Virus record (IMG/VR): IMGVR_UViG_3300043567_000458
DNA from: a virus
Lineage: Duplodnaviria > Caudoviricetes
Length of the DNA stretch: 64,000 nt
Reading direction: 5' to 3' (one strand)
A program made the translations under genes and the position numbers. Of this stretch, positions 36,451 through 46,140 are shown piece after piece. The notes under the pieces were generated by a model, which ran no database searches, was not told the DNA's origin, and saw only the letters and a list, made by a program, of their open reading frames with translations. Position 1 is the first letter of the stretch, and each line of letters starts with the position of its first letter.

Positions 36451-37262
36451 AGATTTTTTAATTCAATAAGCATTTGATCGTAATCGGAAATATTAAACTC
36501 TAATAATTTACGTGTGTCAATTAAGATTTTGTTTACGGGCTTTGGACCTTGTGTTTGTATAATGGTTTTGTTAAGAGCAAATATATCGTTTATTTTACAC
36601 AACAAGTCATATTTGTTAATCTTATTATCATTGTTAACAAGATGATACACTCCCGTAATTACCGGAGTTTGCATGTATTGATCAATGCATTTTGCCAACT
36701 GTAAGGTAGTGATGCCGTTCCACCAAGCATTGTTCCATCCTTGCAATTCACTTGCAGAATTATTGACAATCCAATTAAAGAGTCCTGTGCCATTTGATTT
36801 TATTTCAGGTCCGATGATACTCATTCTAAAAGTAACGTCTTTATCGTTGTTAATTTCACCTAGAGATTTCGACTTGCCATACAAGTTAGTTTCGGTGTGT
36901 GTATCTAATTCAACATAGTTTCCTTTCTTGCCATCAAACACACAATCAGTTGATAAGTGAACCACTCGTGTTTTGCTTTTTAAAAAGGTATGTTCTAAAA
37001 AGTGTGGAAACCAACCATTGATCAATGCAGCACGATCCGGACGATCGTTACTATCTTTAACTAACAATCCCACACAATTGATCACAAAGTCAAAAATATT
37101 TGTAACTTCACCGAGGCGTTGTATTTCTGCAAAATTCTCAACATCTATAATAAGATCTGCATTAGATCTTGCCAGTGTGCTTACATCGTGGCCTTGTTGT
37201 TTGAGATATCGAGTGATAACATGACCGGCCATACCGTTACTGCCAACTACTAAGATTTTCAT
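36447..37262 (-). CDS. RmlD-like SDR nucleotide-sugar 4-reductase (WbvR-type)
   Basis: GSNGMAG, VINCVG, HLSTDCVFDG and YGKSK motifs. Confidence 0.88.
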   Translation of the reverse strand: MKILVVGSNGMAGHVITRYLKQQGHDVSTLARSNADLIIDVENFAEIQRLGEVTNIFDFVINCVGLLVKDSNDRPDRAALINGWFPHFLEHTFLKSKTRVVHLSTDCVFDGKKGNYVELDTHTETNLYGKSKSLGEINNDKDVTFRMSIIGPEIKSNGTGLFNWIVNNSASELQGWNNAWWNGITTLQLAKCIDQYMQTPVITGVYHLVNNDNKINKYDLLCKINDIFALNKTIIQTQGPKPVNKILIDTRKLLEFNISDYDQMLIELKNL

Positions 37263-38251
37263 ATAAAATTGCCTTTCTTAAGCATTTCTTTAATGGCATT
37301 GCGTTGCATAATAAATGTTTTAGAACTAAACTCTTCTTCTGAAAACTTCTCTAAGCTGCTATACTTGTCTATTAATGTTTGTTTAGGATTAAATGGTAGT
37401 ATCACAAAATATGCATCGTCATATTTGTATGACATTACTGCTTCGTGTTTTGATATCAGCATCTCATCTAATTTTTCACCGGGTTTACTCCCCATCTCTG
37501 TAATTTCTGCATCGCCGTAGACATCTATCAAAATGTCTGCGATATCTTTGATGTATGCCGCTGGCATATTCATTACAAATGTTTCACCACCTATACTTTC
37601 TTCGGCAGCTTTAAATAGTAAACCAATAGCTTCTTCGAGTGTTAAGAAGAATCGAGTCATTCTTAGATCAGTGATAGTAACCGGTCCACCGTTACGGATC
37701 TGTTCTATAAAGTATGGAATAACACTGCCATTAGATCCCATAACATTGCCTCCACGTACACAGACAAATCTAGTATGATCGGTTAGATCGTTGGCTTGAA
37801 TAATCAACTTTTCACCCACAGCTTTAGTCATTCCGTATAAGTTCAATGGCTCAACTGCCTTGTCGGTGGATACATCGATGACTTTTTTAACACGATTTTC
37901 AATCGCAGCATTAACAACATTTGTTGTACCTATTACATTTGTTTTAATAGCTTCCTGAGGTTGATCTTCGCAGATAGGTACGTGTTTAAGAGCAGCCATG
38001 TGAAAAATATAATCAACATTCTTAGTAGCAAACTTAACTGCTTCGTAGTCTCTAACATCTCCTATGATGTATTTGATATTGAGATTTTTAAACTTACGTT
38101 GCATTAATACCTGCTGAAGTTCACCTCTTGAAAAAATAATAATTTCTTTAGGGTTGTGTTTTTCAAGCATTAATCGAGTCAGTGTTTGCCCCCACGAGCC
38201 AGTGCCGCCTGTAATTAAAATTCGTGCGTTGTCAAAAATACTATCATTCAT
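37259..38251 (-). CDS. UDP-GlcNAc 4,6-dehydratase/epimerase (FnlA/PseB/CapD-type)
   Basis: ITGGTGSWG, GDVRD, HMAALKHVP, STDKA, YGMTK and RGGNVMGSNGSV motifs. Confidence 0.9.
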   Translation of the reverse strand: MNDSIFDNARILITGGTGSWGQTLTRLMLEKHNPKEIIIFSRGELQQVLMQRKFKNLNIKYIIGDVRDYEAVKFATKNVDYIFHMAALKHVPICEDQPQEAIKTNVIGTTNVVNAAIENRVKKVIDVSTDKAVEPLNLYGMTKAVGEKLIIQANDLTDHTRFVCVRGGNVMGSNGSVIPYFIEQIRNGGPVTITDLRMTRFFLTLEEAIGLLFKAAEESIGGETFVMNMPAAYIKDIADILIDVYGDAEITEMGSKPGEKLDEMLISKHEAVMSYKYDDAYFVILPFNPKQTLIDKYSSLEKFSEEEFSSKTFIMQRNAIKEMLKKGNFI

Positions 38252-39002
38252 ATTTTACTCCGATGTCATCTGGGTTGTGGAATAATGCTCTATGTTTGTT
38301 ATCCAAAGATTCCACTTCCTCTGCAGGTCTTGTATTTGTATAGTAATACAAAATTAATGATCTACGACTTCTATCTTCGGGGCATTTTAACGGAGTAGGA
38401 TGACCGTGAAAACTAAAATCGTCAGTTCTAAATACAACCAGTCTGTTAAGTAATGGACTAATTTTATCAACGCATACTCCTGGTTTGTTGTCGGGGGTTC
38501 TAGACCACATTTCTAAATGGCCTCCCCATTCTTCTTGCCAATTATCGTTTAAGTATAGGATAACATTTAATCTTCTGTGTACTCCCATTAGATCGTGCCA
38601 GTTGCCGTCTGCGTGTACTGCTAGTGTGCCGCCTGTATTGATCTGGTTAAATCCGCCGCCTGTTAGATAGGGATCAGGAATAAGCCCATTAATTCCAGTT
38701 AGCTTAGATAAGAATCTTAAAAATGTTCCACCATTTAAAAAATTAATTAAATCCAATGTGTTAGCAGGAACATCACTATCGTCTTTCCAATCACTACGCC
38801 ATTTAATTTGAATCTTATCGTGATTACGCTTGTCCCAACTTTCAAAATTTTCATTGTTGAAGTCAGTTAGTGTTTCATTAATAACTTTTTCTGTAAAAAA
38901 ATCATCTATAGCAATATAGTTAAACGGTTGCTTAGATTGAAATTCGTTAGAAAGATCTTCTAGATCAAATTTGTCAAATTCTACATATTTCTTTTTCATC
39001 AA
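38244..39002 (-). CDS. 2OG-Fe(II) oxygenase (prolyl-hydroxylase-like)
   Basis: HAD (HxD), RRLNVILYLN, GGHLEMW, distal HGH and RRS motifs. Confidence 0.85.
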   Translation of the reverse strand: MMKKKYVEFDKFDLEDLSNEFQSKQPFNYIAIDDFFTEKVINETLTDFNNENFESWDKRNHDKIQIKWRSDWKDDSDVPANTLDLINFLNGGTFLRFLSKLTGINGLIPDPYLTGGGFNQINTGGTLAVHADGNWHDLMGVHRRLNVILYLNDNWQEEWGGHLEMWSRTPDNKPGVCVDKISPLLNRLVVFRTDDFSFHGHPTPLKCPEDRSRRSLILYYYTNTRPAEEVESLDNKHRALFHNPDDIGVKYE

Positions 39003-39008
39003 TTGTCC

Positions 39009-40082
39009 TTAGTTCGACAGTAGTATGTTAACAACTACGTCTGATACATTATTTTGATTGTACTCTTCAGGTATTTTCCAGTTCCTGTCAGCTGACTTCA
39101 TTCTGTTAAAGCAGGCAACAATATTTTCTTTATCCAAGCCGCTAATTACGTTAGAGCCGCACCAAACTGTTTCTGGTCTTTCTGTTGTATCTCTAATGGT
39201 AATTGTTGGTATACCGAATAAACACATTTCTTCTTGAACCGTTCCTGAATCGCTAATTGCCATATGTGCATTTTTTTCTAAGTTGACAAAATCAAAAAAC
39301 CCCAAAGGTTCCGTTATTATAATGTTTGGATTATCAACTAAAATATTAAACTTTGCTAATTTTTGTTTGGTTCTAGGATGACAACTAAACACTATCTTAT
39401 ATTCTTTAGATATTTCTTCAAAACTTTCAAAAATATTAATCAACCGATCGTTAACATCAACATTTTCTGCTCGATGCGCTGTGGCTATAATGTAGTTATT
39501 TTTTTCAAGATTAAGTGCTGATAATATAGGAGAACTGTCTATTTCATTTGCATAAAAATCTATTACTTCTTTAATTGGATTCCCCGTGACAAATACTTTG
39601 TTGTTTGCAGCACCTTCACGCAATAAATTTTGACGGCTTAACTCAGTATAAGGTAAATTTATACTAGACACGGCATCAATAATTTTTCTATTCTTTTCTT
39701 CAGGAACTTTAAGATCATAACAACGATTGCCAGCTTCCATATGATAGACCGGAATGCCTAATCTTTCACATATAATTGCTGCTAGGCCTGAATTGGTGTC
39801 GCCCAATATCAAAACTTTATCAGGCTTAAATTCGTTTACAAATTTTTCAACACCTACAAATGTATTACCAATTTGTTCTGCAAAGGATACAGATTTATTG
39901 TCAATTACATAATCTGGGTTTCTTAAACTCAATTCTTTGAAGAATACATCATTTAAATTTTTATCATAATTTTGACCGGTATGCAATATTTTATGATCAA
40001 CAATGTTATCAAGTTTAGGAATAATTCTAGATAGTCTTATAATCTCAGGTCTTGTTCCTAAAATTGTTAGAACCTTAGTCAT
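39009..40082 (-). CDS. Non-hydrolysing UDP-HexNAc 2-epimerase (FnlC/Cap5G/WbvD-type)
   Basis: GTRPEIIRL, HTGQNYD, LGDTNS, HMEAGNR, HRAENVD and SDSGTVQEE motifs. Confidence 0.92.
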   Translation of the reverse strand: MTKVLTILGTRPEIIRLSRIIPKLDNIVDHKILHTGQNYDKNLNDVFFKELSLRNPDYVIDNKSVSFAEQIGNTFVGVEKFVNEFKPDKVLILGDTNSGLAAIICERLGIPVYHMEAGNRCYDLKVPEEKNRKIIDAVSSINLPYTELSRQNLLREGAANNKVFVTGNPIKEVIDFYANEIDSSPILSALNLEKNNYIIATAHRAENVDVNDRLINIFESFEEISKEYKIVFSCHPRTKQKLAKFNILVDNPNIIITEPLGFFDFVNLEKNAHMAISDSGTVQEEMCLFGIPTITIRDTTERPETVWCGSNVISGLDKENIVACFNRMKSADRNWKIPEEYNQNNVSDVVVNILLSN

Positions 40083-40608
40083 TTGGAAATACCCCAACAA
40101 AATAATGGCAAAGACTAGGTAAGTCTAATGGTGTCCAGTCTGTAAAATCTTCTTTATGCCAAAGACTTTTATGTATGTCAAAAGTATTACCATAGCACCA
40201 TAATCTTGGATCATTTACATTTTTATGATTATCATCCCAAATTTCTTCTAACGGAGTCAATAATACAATTTTTTTAGTGGTAAGAGTTTTCACAGAATCT
40301 AAAAGACGAATGCCTGCATCTTTATCAAGGTGTTCGATAAAATCTATCATTAAAACATAATCAAATTTCTCACCGCCTAATAAGGTGTTTAGATCAACAG
40401 TTTCTAGGTCTGCTACAAAATCTGGATTCACTGACTCCCATGCATCAATTGTGATAATTTTGCTACATCTGTCTTTAAATGGATCTGAATATAATTTCGG
40501 ACCGCATCCGAGATCTAAAATAGAATCTCCTTCTTTAACAACGGAGTGTAGATATCTCATTAGCTCGTCGTTCGATGAAGCTCGTTTTCCGTTTATATTG
40601 TGTTTCAT
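40075..40608 (-). CDS. Class I SAM-dependent methyltransferase
   Basis: ILDLGCG and DFIEHL motifs. Confidence 0.85.
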   Translation of the reverse strand: MKHNINGKRASSNDELMRYLHSVVKEGDSILDLGCGPKLYSDPFKDRCSKIITIDAWESVNPDFVADLETVDLNTLLGGEKFDYVLMIDFIEHLDKDAGIRLLDSVKTLTTKKIVLLTPLEEIWDDNHKNVNDPRLWCYGNTFDIHKSLWHKEDFTDWTPLDLPSLCHYFVGVFPND

Positions 40609-41375
40609 TTAATATTGTCCTTATTATTAGCTCTAATAGTGGGGGGAACAGATGCTTGCAATTTGGCAAGTAATTGTTGATTATTAACAGTTGCTGGCGG
40701 CGCCAGCGGGTTATTATACATTTTAGGGTGCCATTGATGTATAACATACGGTGCTTCAACAAACGTTACATTTAATTTTTTATTTTTAATTCTTTGTAAA
40801 AATTCGTCGTCATCATAACTATGACCGAAAGCAAATTCTTCGTCAAAACCATTTAATTCACACAAGTTCTTCCTAGTAATTGCCGAGGTATAGTGATATC
40901 CCACTGGATGGTGAACACTATGATTAACCCATTTTGTTTTACTAGATTTTGTTCCGCCTACATCTATTGTACCGCCTTGATGTAGAATTCTTACATCGCC
41001 TTTGTTACATGCCCAGCAATGAAAGGTTAGATAATTGTCATCAGTTAATGTTTGATTCACATATGAGATTACATCGCCTTGATGACAGCACTCTGGATTT
41101 TGAATAATAATTTTGTCACCAGAACTTTCACGGAATCCAACATTATACGGCACACAGGGATTAAACCAAGTCTTAGATCCTCGATCTGACATTTTAATTA
41201 TTTTAATATTCAGCGACGGAAATTCACTAGGAACAGTATCTAAACTGTTTTCTAAATTGCTAAAATCATCTACAATTATTACTTCAAAGTCTTTTTCCCG
41301 ACTTTGAATAAATGTTTTTAGAGTATGTCTTAATAATTCTAATCGATTATAATATGCCATTACTATTGATATCAT
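40605..41375 (-). CDS. Glycosyltransferase family 2-like
   Basis: ISIVMAYYNR, IIVDD, NVG and GFDE...YDDDEF motifs. Confidence 0.88.
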   Translation of the reverse strand: MISIVMAYYNRLELLRHTLKTFIQSREKDFEVIIVDDFSNLENSLDTVPSEFPSLNIKIIKMSDRGSKTWFNPCVPYNVGFRESSGDKIIIQNPECCHQGDVISYVNQTLTDDNYLTFHCWACNKGDVRILHQGGTIDVGGTKSSKTKWVNHSVHHPVGYHYTSAITRKNLCELNGFDEEFAFGHSYDDDEFLQRIKNKKLNVTFVEAPYVIHQWHPKMYNNPLAPPATVNNQQLLAKLQASVPPTIRANNKDNIK

Positions 41376-41971
41376 GATAGTTTTACCTCAGCCATTATAT
41401 ATTTGTTTCGTTGATTAATCACATTAACAATTTCTACGCCGTCTTCTTGCTCGGGCATATTAGTCTTTTTGTATATCACTCGCAAATCCATTATAATTCT
41501 CGTATTTGCATGTGAATGTTTTAATATCAAATCTTTATAAGTGTTTACAGGATAGTGAAAACCACAAGACACCCACGACGTAATCAAATCAAATTTAACA
41601 TCTTCTGGAATATTAATATTATTGCAATCAATTAAATGATATTTTTTAGTGCCTAATTTTTTTAATTCTGCGTCTACCTCTGACAATGGATGATAGAATA
41701 AGAAATCGTTAGCTGTCTTATTATATTTTCCAGTTGATGCTTCGGGAGATTTAGAGTCGTTATCTTTAGTATCGCCGTCTAACAACCACAGCTCGGAATT
41801 ATATTTTTCATTGAACATTCTCGATTCCCAAGCAAGCCCGCAGCCAATATCTAAAATCTTCATTGGTGCGCTGCCTAAGAATTTATCTAGAATTTCAAAA
41901 TTTTCTTTCTTGTGGCTTTGATATAATTCTGTTTCCCAGAGCCCGCCACTGCCTAACCACTGTTTTGTCAT
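41372..41971 (-). CDS. Class I SAM-dependent methyltransferase
   Basis: ILDIGCG and FDLITSW motifs. Confidence 0.8.
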   Translation of the reverse strand: MTKQWLGSGGLWETELYQSHKKENFEILDKFLGSAPMKILDIGCGLAWESRMFNEKYNSELWLLDGDTKDNDSKSPEASTGKYNKTANDFLFYHPLSEVDAELKKLGTKKYHLIDCNNINIPEDVKFDLITSWVSCGFHYPVNTYKDLILKHSHANTRIIMDLRVIYKKTNMPEQEDGVEIVNVINQRNKYIMAEVKLS

Positions 41972-42312
41972 TTTGAATACCCCACAGTTTCACGCTCAAT
42001 GTCATCGTGATCAAATTCTGCCCAATATAATTCAAATGCTACACAGTCTGTGACTGCTTCAAATTGATGATATTCGCCCGGAGCAACCTTTGTATATTCG
42101 CCTGCCTTTAACAAAGTTTCGTCTACGAGATCATAATTGCCTTTCCATACACGAATAATCATTTCACCGGACTCGACAAAGAATCCATTCCACTTGTATT
42201 TGTGTTTATGCTTAGAACATACTCCACCGGCGTTGGCTTCAATACGATGAAATTCTAATACACCGTTGGCTTCTAACAATTCTGTCTGTCCCCATACTTT
42301 TCCTGCTTTCAT
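41968..42312 (-). CDS. Cupin (sugar isomerase-like) protein
   Basis: KVWG, HKH...F.V.SG and PGEYHQF motifs; AAGGAG RBS; TAAATA upstream. Confidence 0.8.
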   Translation of the reverse strand: MKAGKVWGQTELLEANGVLEFHRIEANAGGVCSKHKHKYKWNGFFVESGEMIIRVWKGNYDLVDETLLKAGEYTKVAPGEYHQFEAVTDCVAFELYWAEFDHDDIERETVGYSK

Positions 42313-42338
42313 GCTATCTCCTTAATGTGTGTATTTAA

Positions 42339-42845
42339 TCAGATCAATTTATGTAATTGCAAAACTTCGCTTTGTCTTGAAACTTCTTTGACAAAGAACA
42401 CGCAAGGTGGATTGACCTCCTCGCTGAGCGGCACAGTTAATAATTGTCCGTTTTTCATCTTAGGAAAATACCAACGCACATCCTGATAGATATTAACAAT
42501 TTCTATAGGCATATATTCTGCTCTAAAGCCTTTGATCGGATTAAACACTAGTGCGTCAAATCCACGCTCATTGATACTAGTCAACGGTAACACTTCGGGA
42601 TCAAGCCCACAATCTTTGTCACCTACTACCATGCACCAATCCAAAGGCATTTGCACTTCATAGCCTCCTATGTTCAGCACTATAGCCGGTGAATTAAACG
42701 ATTCTAAAAATATCAAAGGCATGAAATAAAAATCTGGATCCTGTGGATTTGAATTATCCAGCACCGAAAATCTTGTATCTTCGTCTACTTGATCCGGCAA
42801 TTCGTTTAGATCAAATGCTTCATTGTTTAGTGTGAGTATTCTCAT
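42339..42845 (-). CDS. Conserved hypothetical protein, possible degenerate Hint fold
   Basis: 168-aa beta-rich protein near UvsW. Confidence 0.6.
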   Translation of the reverse strand: MRILTLNNEAFDLNELPDQVDEDTRFSVLDNSNPQDPDFYFMPLIFLESFNSPAIVLNIGGYEVQMPLDWCMVVGDKDCGLDPEVLPLTSINERGFDALVFNPIKGFRAEYMPIEIVNIYQDVRWYFPKMKNGQLLTVPLSEEVNPPCVFFVKEVSRQSEVLQLHKLI

Positions 42846-43483
42846 TTTAATTTTCCTAGTATTACGTTTCGGTGATCAGCATCCCATGCTAAAATGTCAT
42901 AGTTAAAATTGATCTTACAGAAATCAATTGCTCTAGTATCACTGTTTTCTTGTTCTACAACCAACAGAGGATTGTATTTTTTAATGGTGTTAACTGCACC
43001 TTGTAAAACATTTAATTCGTATCCGTCTACATCAATTTTAATATAATCAATATCTGAAAAATTAAATTCATCTATAGTGTATAGCTGTTCATCATACCAC
43101 TTTTCTTGCGGTACTTTTCCAGCAGTTATACTTCCACCACCGCTTACCTTTATAATTTTATGTTCTTCACCCAACGCACATTTAAAATGTGTAATTTTAG
43201 ATAGGTCAACATTTTTATGAAATAATTTTCTTCTTCGATAATCAAAACAAAAAACATGATTAAAATCTTTGTGAAGATATCTTGTATATTCGCCGTCTCT
43301 ACAACCAACATCTATAGCATTTCTTTTTTCTGTAATAAAAGGAAGACTAGCTACCCACGTTTTTTTACAATGGTGATTAGGGAATTCTTGTGTGCCATCT
43401 GGGCTAAAGAAAAAATCAGTATCGTAAAAATCCCAGTTAAATGTGTTTTCAGAAAACTGAGTAGGTTCAAGAGGATGTATCAT
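42842..43483 (-). CDS. FkbM-family methyltransferase
   Basis: AIDVGCRDG and IDYIKIDVDGYE..VLQGA motifs. Confidence 0.85.
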   Translation of the reverse strand: MIHPLEPTQFSENTFNWDFYDTDFFFSPDGTQEFPNHHCKKTWVASLPFITEKRNAIDVGCRDGEYTRYLHKDFNHVFCFDYRRRKLFHKNVDLSKITHFKCALGEEHKIIKVSGGGSITAGKVPQEKWYDEQLYTIDEFNFSDIDYIKIDVDGYELNVLQGAVNTIKKYNPLLVVEQENSDTRAIDFCKINFNYDILAWDADHRNVILGKLK

Positions 43484-44973
43484 ATATTAACCTTGGTAAT
43501 GGTAAAGGGGTATTTGGCCTCTTTATAAAACTTTTTTCTTTCTGTTAGGTGCCGCTTGGCATATTTGCAGGTGCTGGTAATATCCCAGATCTCTACGTGA
43601 TCTTTGTCTTCTGCTTTTCTAATGCCTCGCCCAATGCTTTGTATAACACGGACAAAGCTCTTTCCGGGTTCAAGAAGAACCAAATTAAAAATACGTGGAA
43701 TATTAATACCCACAGCGGCCACACCATAAGTCGCCAAAATAATCTTGCCATCACTTGTTTTAATTTCATCATATTCTTCCTTGCGATCATCGAGTTTCAT
43801 ACCGCCGCTGACAAACACTGCCTCTGGTATTAAGTCAATTAATTTTTTTCCTGTATCGATTCTGTTAATTAACACCAGAGTATTACCGGTAGCAGATAAC
43901 GCAGTGATCTTACCGGCGATCCATTGTAGCCGATTATCGTCTGTGACAAGAAATGAGTATTCGTCCTGGAATGAATTAAACACCTGCACATCTGTGGTCT
44001 GTAACACATTGATATTCAATTGTGCTAACACACCTTTTTCCTGTAAATCATACGCAGATACTTGATTTATCACAGGACCTATACTGGCCAATATACCTTG
44101 AAACTCCCACTGTTCTTTAGGCACAGTTCCGGTGAGTCCCCAGCGTATGGCACAGTTACGAAAGTTTTGTGTCAGTAGTTTGGTCAATACTTCTGCCTTG
44201 GCTTGATGCACTTCGTCAACAATGATCGCGCAGACTCCTTCACAGAATTCTGCCAATGTCATGGTGTCGTTGTCATAGCTTTTCTTGTCTAACACATTCA
44301 AACTTTGCCAGGTGCATATGGTATGTGTCTTACCTAATTCTTTTCTATCTCCGAAGTAAACACCAACATCCAGGCCTAGGTTCTTGTAATCTTCTTCAGT
44401 TTGAACCACCAACGATTTATTAGGAACAACTACCATTGTGCGACCATAAGGTTCGCATAGATGGCTTAAAGTTGCTGTGGTAATTGTTTTTCCAGCACCA
44501 GTGGCTACTTCTTGCAAGGCCTGAGGATTCTCTAAAAACTTGTTGATTACCTCATACTGATAGTCTCTTAGAACAATAGGTTCTCCTGCCTGTTGATGTC
44601 CTTTGGGCCAGACTTTGCCTTTGTCGGCCCAGTAATTTTCATCGATAGCAGCAAATTTTAATTCCTGATGCGGTCTAAGATCTTCGACTTCGATGTCATA
44701 ACCTTCATCATCAATTACTGCTAGAATCACATCAAGGTGTGCAAGATATCCACTGCCGCCAATGTTAAAATAAGTTTTAGTTCCGTCCCAACGTCCTAGT
44801 TTATAGGCCGGCATGTGTCGGGCATAAGGTAAATCGAACTTTAATTTATTGACAATTTTCCGTCGTGTTTCAACTCGTAGCCCTTCTACCTTGATGTTTA
44901 CTTCGTCTTTGATTGTTAACTTACAGTTCAACAATTTTTTGTCCTTTGGTTTCTGTTGGTCTAGTATCACCAA
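43480..44973 (-). CDS. uvsW: SF2 DNA helicase, UvsW-like
   Basis: LRDYQ, ATGAGKT, DEVH, GLTGT and QSIGRGIR motifs; true start may be TTG near 44931. Confidence 0.9.
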   Translation of the reverse strand: MVILDQQKPKDKKLLNCKLTIKDEVNIKVEGLRVETRRKIVNKLKFDLPYARHMPAYKLGRWDGTKTYFNIGGSGYLAHLDVILAVIDDEGYDIEVEDLRPHQELKFAAIDENYWADKGKVWPKGHQQAGEPIVLRDYQYEVINKFLENPQALQEVATGAGKTITTATLSHLCEPYGRTMVVVPNKSLVVQTEEDYKNLGLDVGVYFGDRKELGKTHTICTWQSLNVLDKKSYDNDTMTLAEFCEGVCAIIVDEVHQAKAEVLTKLLTQNFRNCAIRWGLTGTVPKEQWEFQGILASIGPVINQVSAYDLQEKGVLAQLNINVLQTTDVQVFNSFQDEYSFLVTDDNRLQWIAGKITALSATGNTLVLINRIDTGKKLIDLIPEAVFVSGGMKLDDRKEEYDEIKTSDGKIILATYGVAAVGINIPRIFNLVLLEPGKSFVRVIQSIGRGIRKAEDKDHVEIWDITSTCKYAKRHLTERKKFYKEAKYPFTITKVNI

Positions 44974-46105
44974 GATATATCACACAGGGATGACACATAA
45001 ACCAATCCCGTGCCATGGTATTTGTTGGTGGGAAAATGTTATTTGTTACTACTAGTGTAACATCATTGCTTGTCTTAAACAACCACTTAGCCGGCTTTGA
45101 TTCAAAAATTAATATCCTACCAGTTTCGACTTTGCCGCCAACTCCTGCAACCTTGATCCAGTCATTCAGCCCAGTAGTGGATTCTTTGTTTTCTCTAAAA
45201 CACACCTTGATTTCTTCACGATCAACTCCACTTTTTTCAGCATCGGCTACAAAACTTTGCAGCCACGGCAATGTGGCGCTGCTTCGATCTAGCAATATAC
45301 ATATTTGTCCGGAAAAAGATTTAGATAACTCAAAAAAATCTTGATTGGTTTTCAACCAGAAGCTGTTTTCTTGGCTGGCTGCGATTTTTTCCACTAAAGT
45401 ATGTGGTTTTTCTTGGTATAAAAACCCCATACTTTTAGCTAATAACAAATCTTTGCTGATGTTACTAGTTTTATTACTTTGCCACCACTCCGCTGTTTCG
45501 TCACTGGCGTTTTTCAATTGAACGCCATTTATATCAACTTCGCTGTAAGGTGTAGCATCCTCAGAATTTTGCCAAATTTCTTCTACATCCGACAACACGT
45601 TCATAAAAGTATCGTCAATTTCAAAATTATGCTTACAGACAAATTCATATAATGTGATTAAGTTATACTGATACAAATCTAAGCGTCTTACCTTATCATC
45701 GGGATCCCAAAAGCTGTAAGCGTAAAGAGTTTCTCGACGTTCAATCTCATCTTCAAATTCTTTTTTCAGCTGATACGGAAATTTTAGACAAATTTCCAGT
45801 TTGTTTTCACGCAGTTCTACATATATTTTTTTACTGAGATCCAACACTCTAAACGGCTTGCGCCATTTGAGATCTTGTAGTTGCGACCTATAATCAAAAC
45901 CTGCCTGAGCAGATACAATCTTGTATTTTTCCAATAATTTTATGAGAAAATTCGCCTGATTTTTGGTCAGCTCACCGCTGTTGATAATTTTTTCATGAAA
46001 ACTTGAGATGGGTGAAAAATCTTGACCTTGTATGGAGATTTTTTGTTGAGCAACAAGTTTATAAAACTCAACAAATATGTCTTCGGCAAATTCTGATGGT
46101 AACAT
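44921..46105 (-). CDS. Conserved hypothetical protein
   Basis: 394 aa; sigma70 promoter ends 6 nt before the ATG. Confidence 0.8.
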   Translation of the reverse strand: MLPSEFAEDIFVEFYKLVAQQKISIQGQDFSPISSFHEKIINSGELTKNQANFLIKLLEKYKIVSAQAGFDYRSQLQDLKWRKPFRVLDLSKKIYVELRENKLEICLKFPYQLKKEFEDEIERRETLYAYSFWDPDDKVRRLDLYQYNLITLYEFVCKHNFEIDDTFMNVLSDVEEIWQNSEDATPYSEVDINGVQLKNASDETAEWWQSNKTSNISKDLLLAKSMGFLYQEKPHTLVEKIAASQENSFWLKTNQDFFELSKSFSGQICILLDRSSATLPWLQSFVADAEKSGVDREEIKVCFRENKESTTGLNDWIKVAGVGGKVETGRILIFESKPAKWLFKTSNDVTLVVTNNIFPPTNTMARDWFMCHPCVIYLGDTRPTETKGQKIVEL

Positions 46106-46111
46106 TATTCA

Positions 46112-46140
46112 AGTATACAGCCTTGATTTCTGGTTGTCAA
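46112..46140 (-). promoter_or_regulatory. sigma70-type promoter of the UvsW operon
   Basis: Minus strand TTGACA-N17-TATACT; the -35 box overlaps the TGA stop of the upstream gene. Confidence 0.8.
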
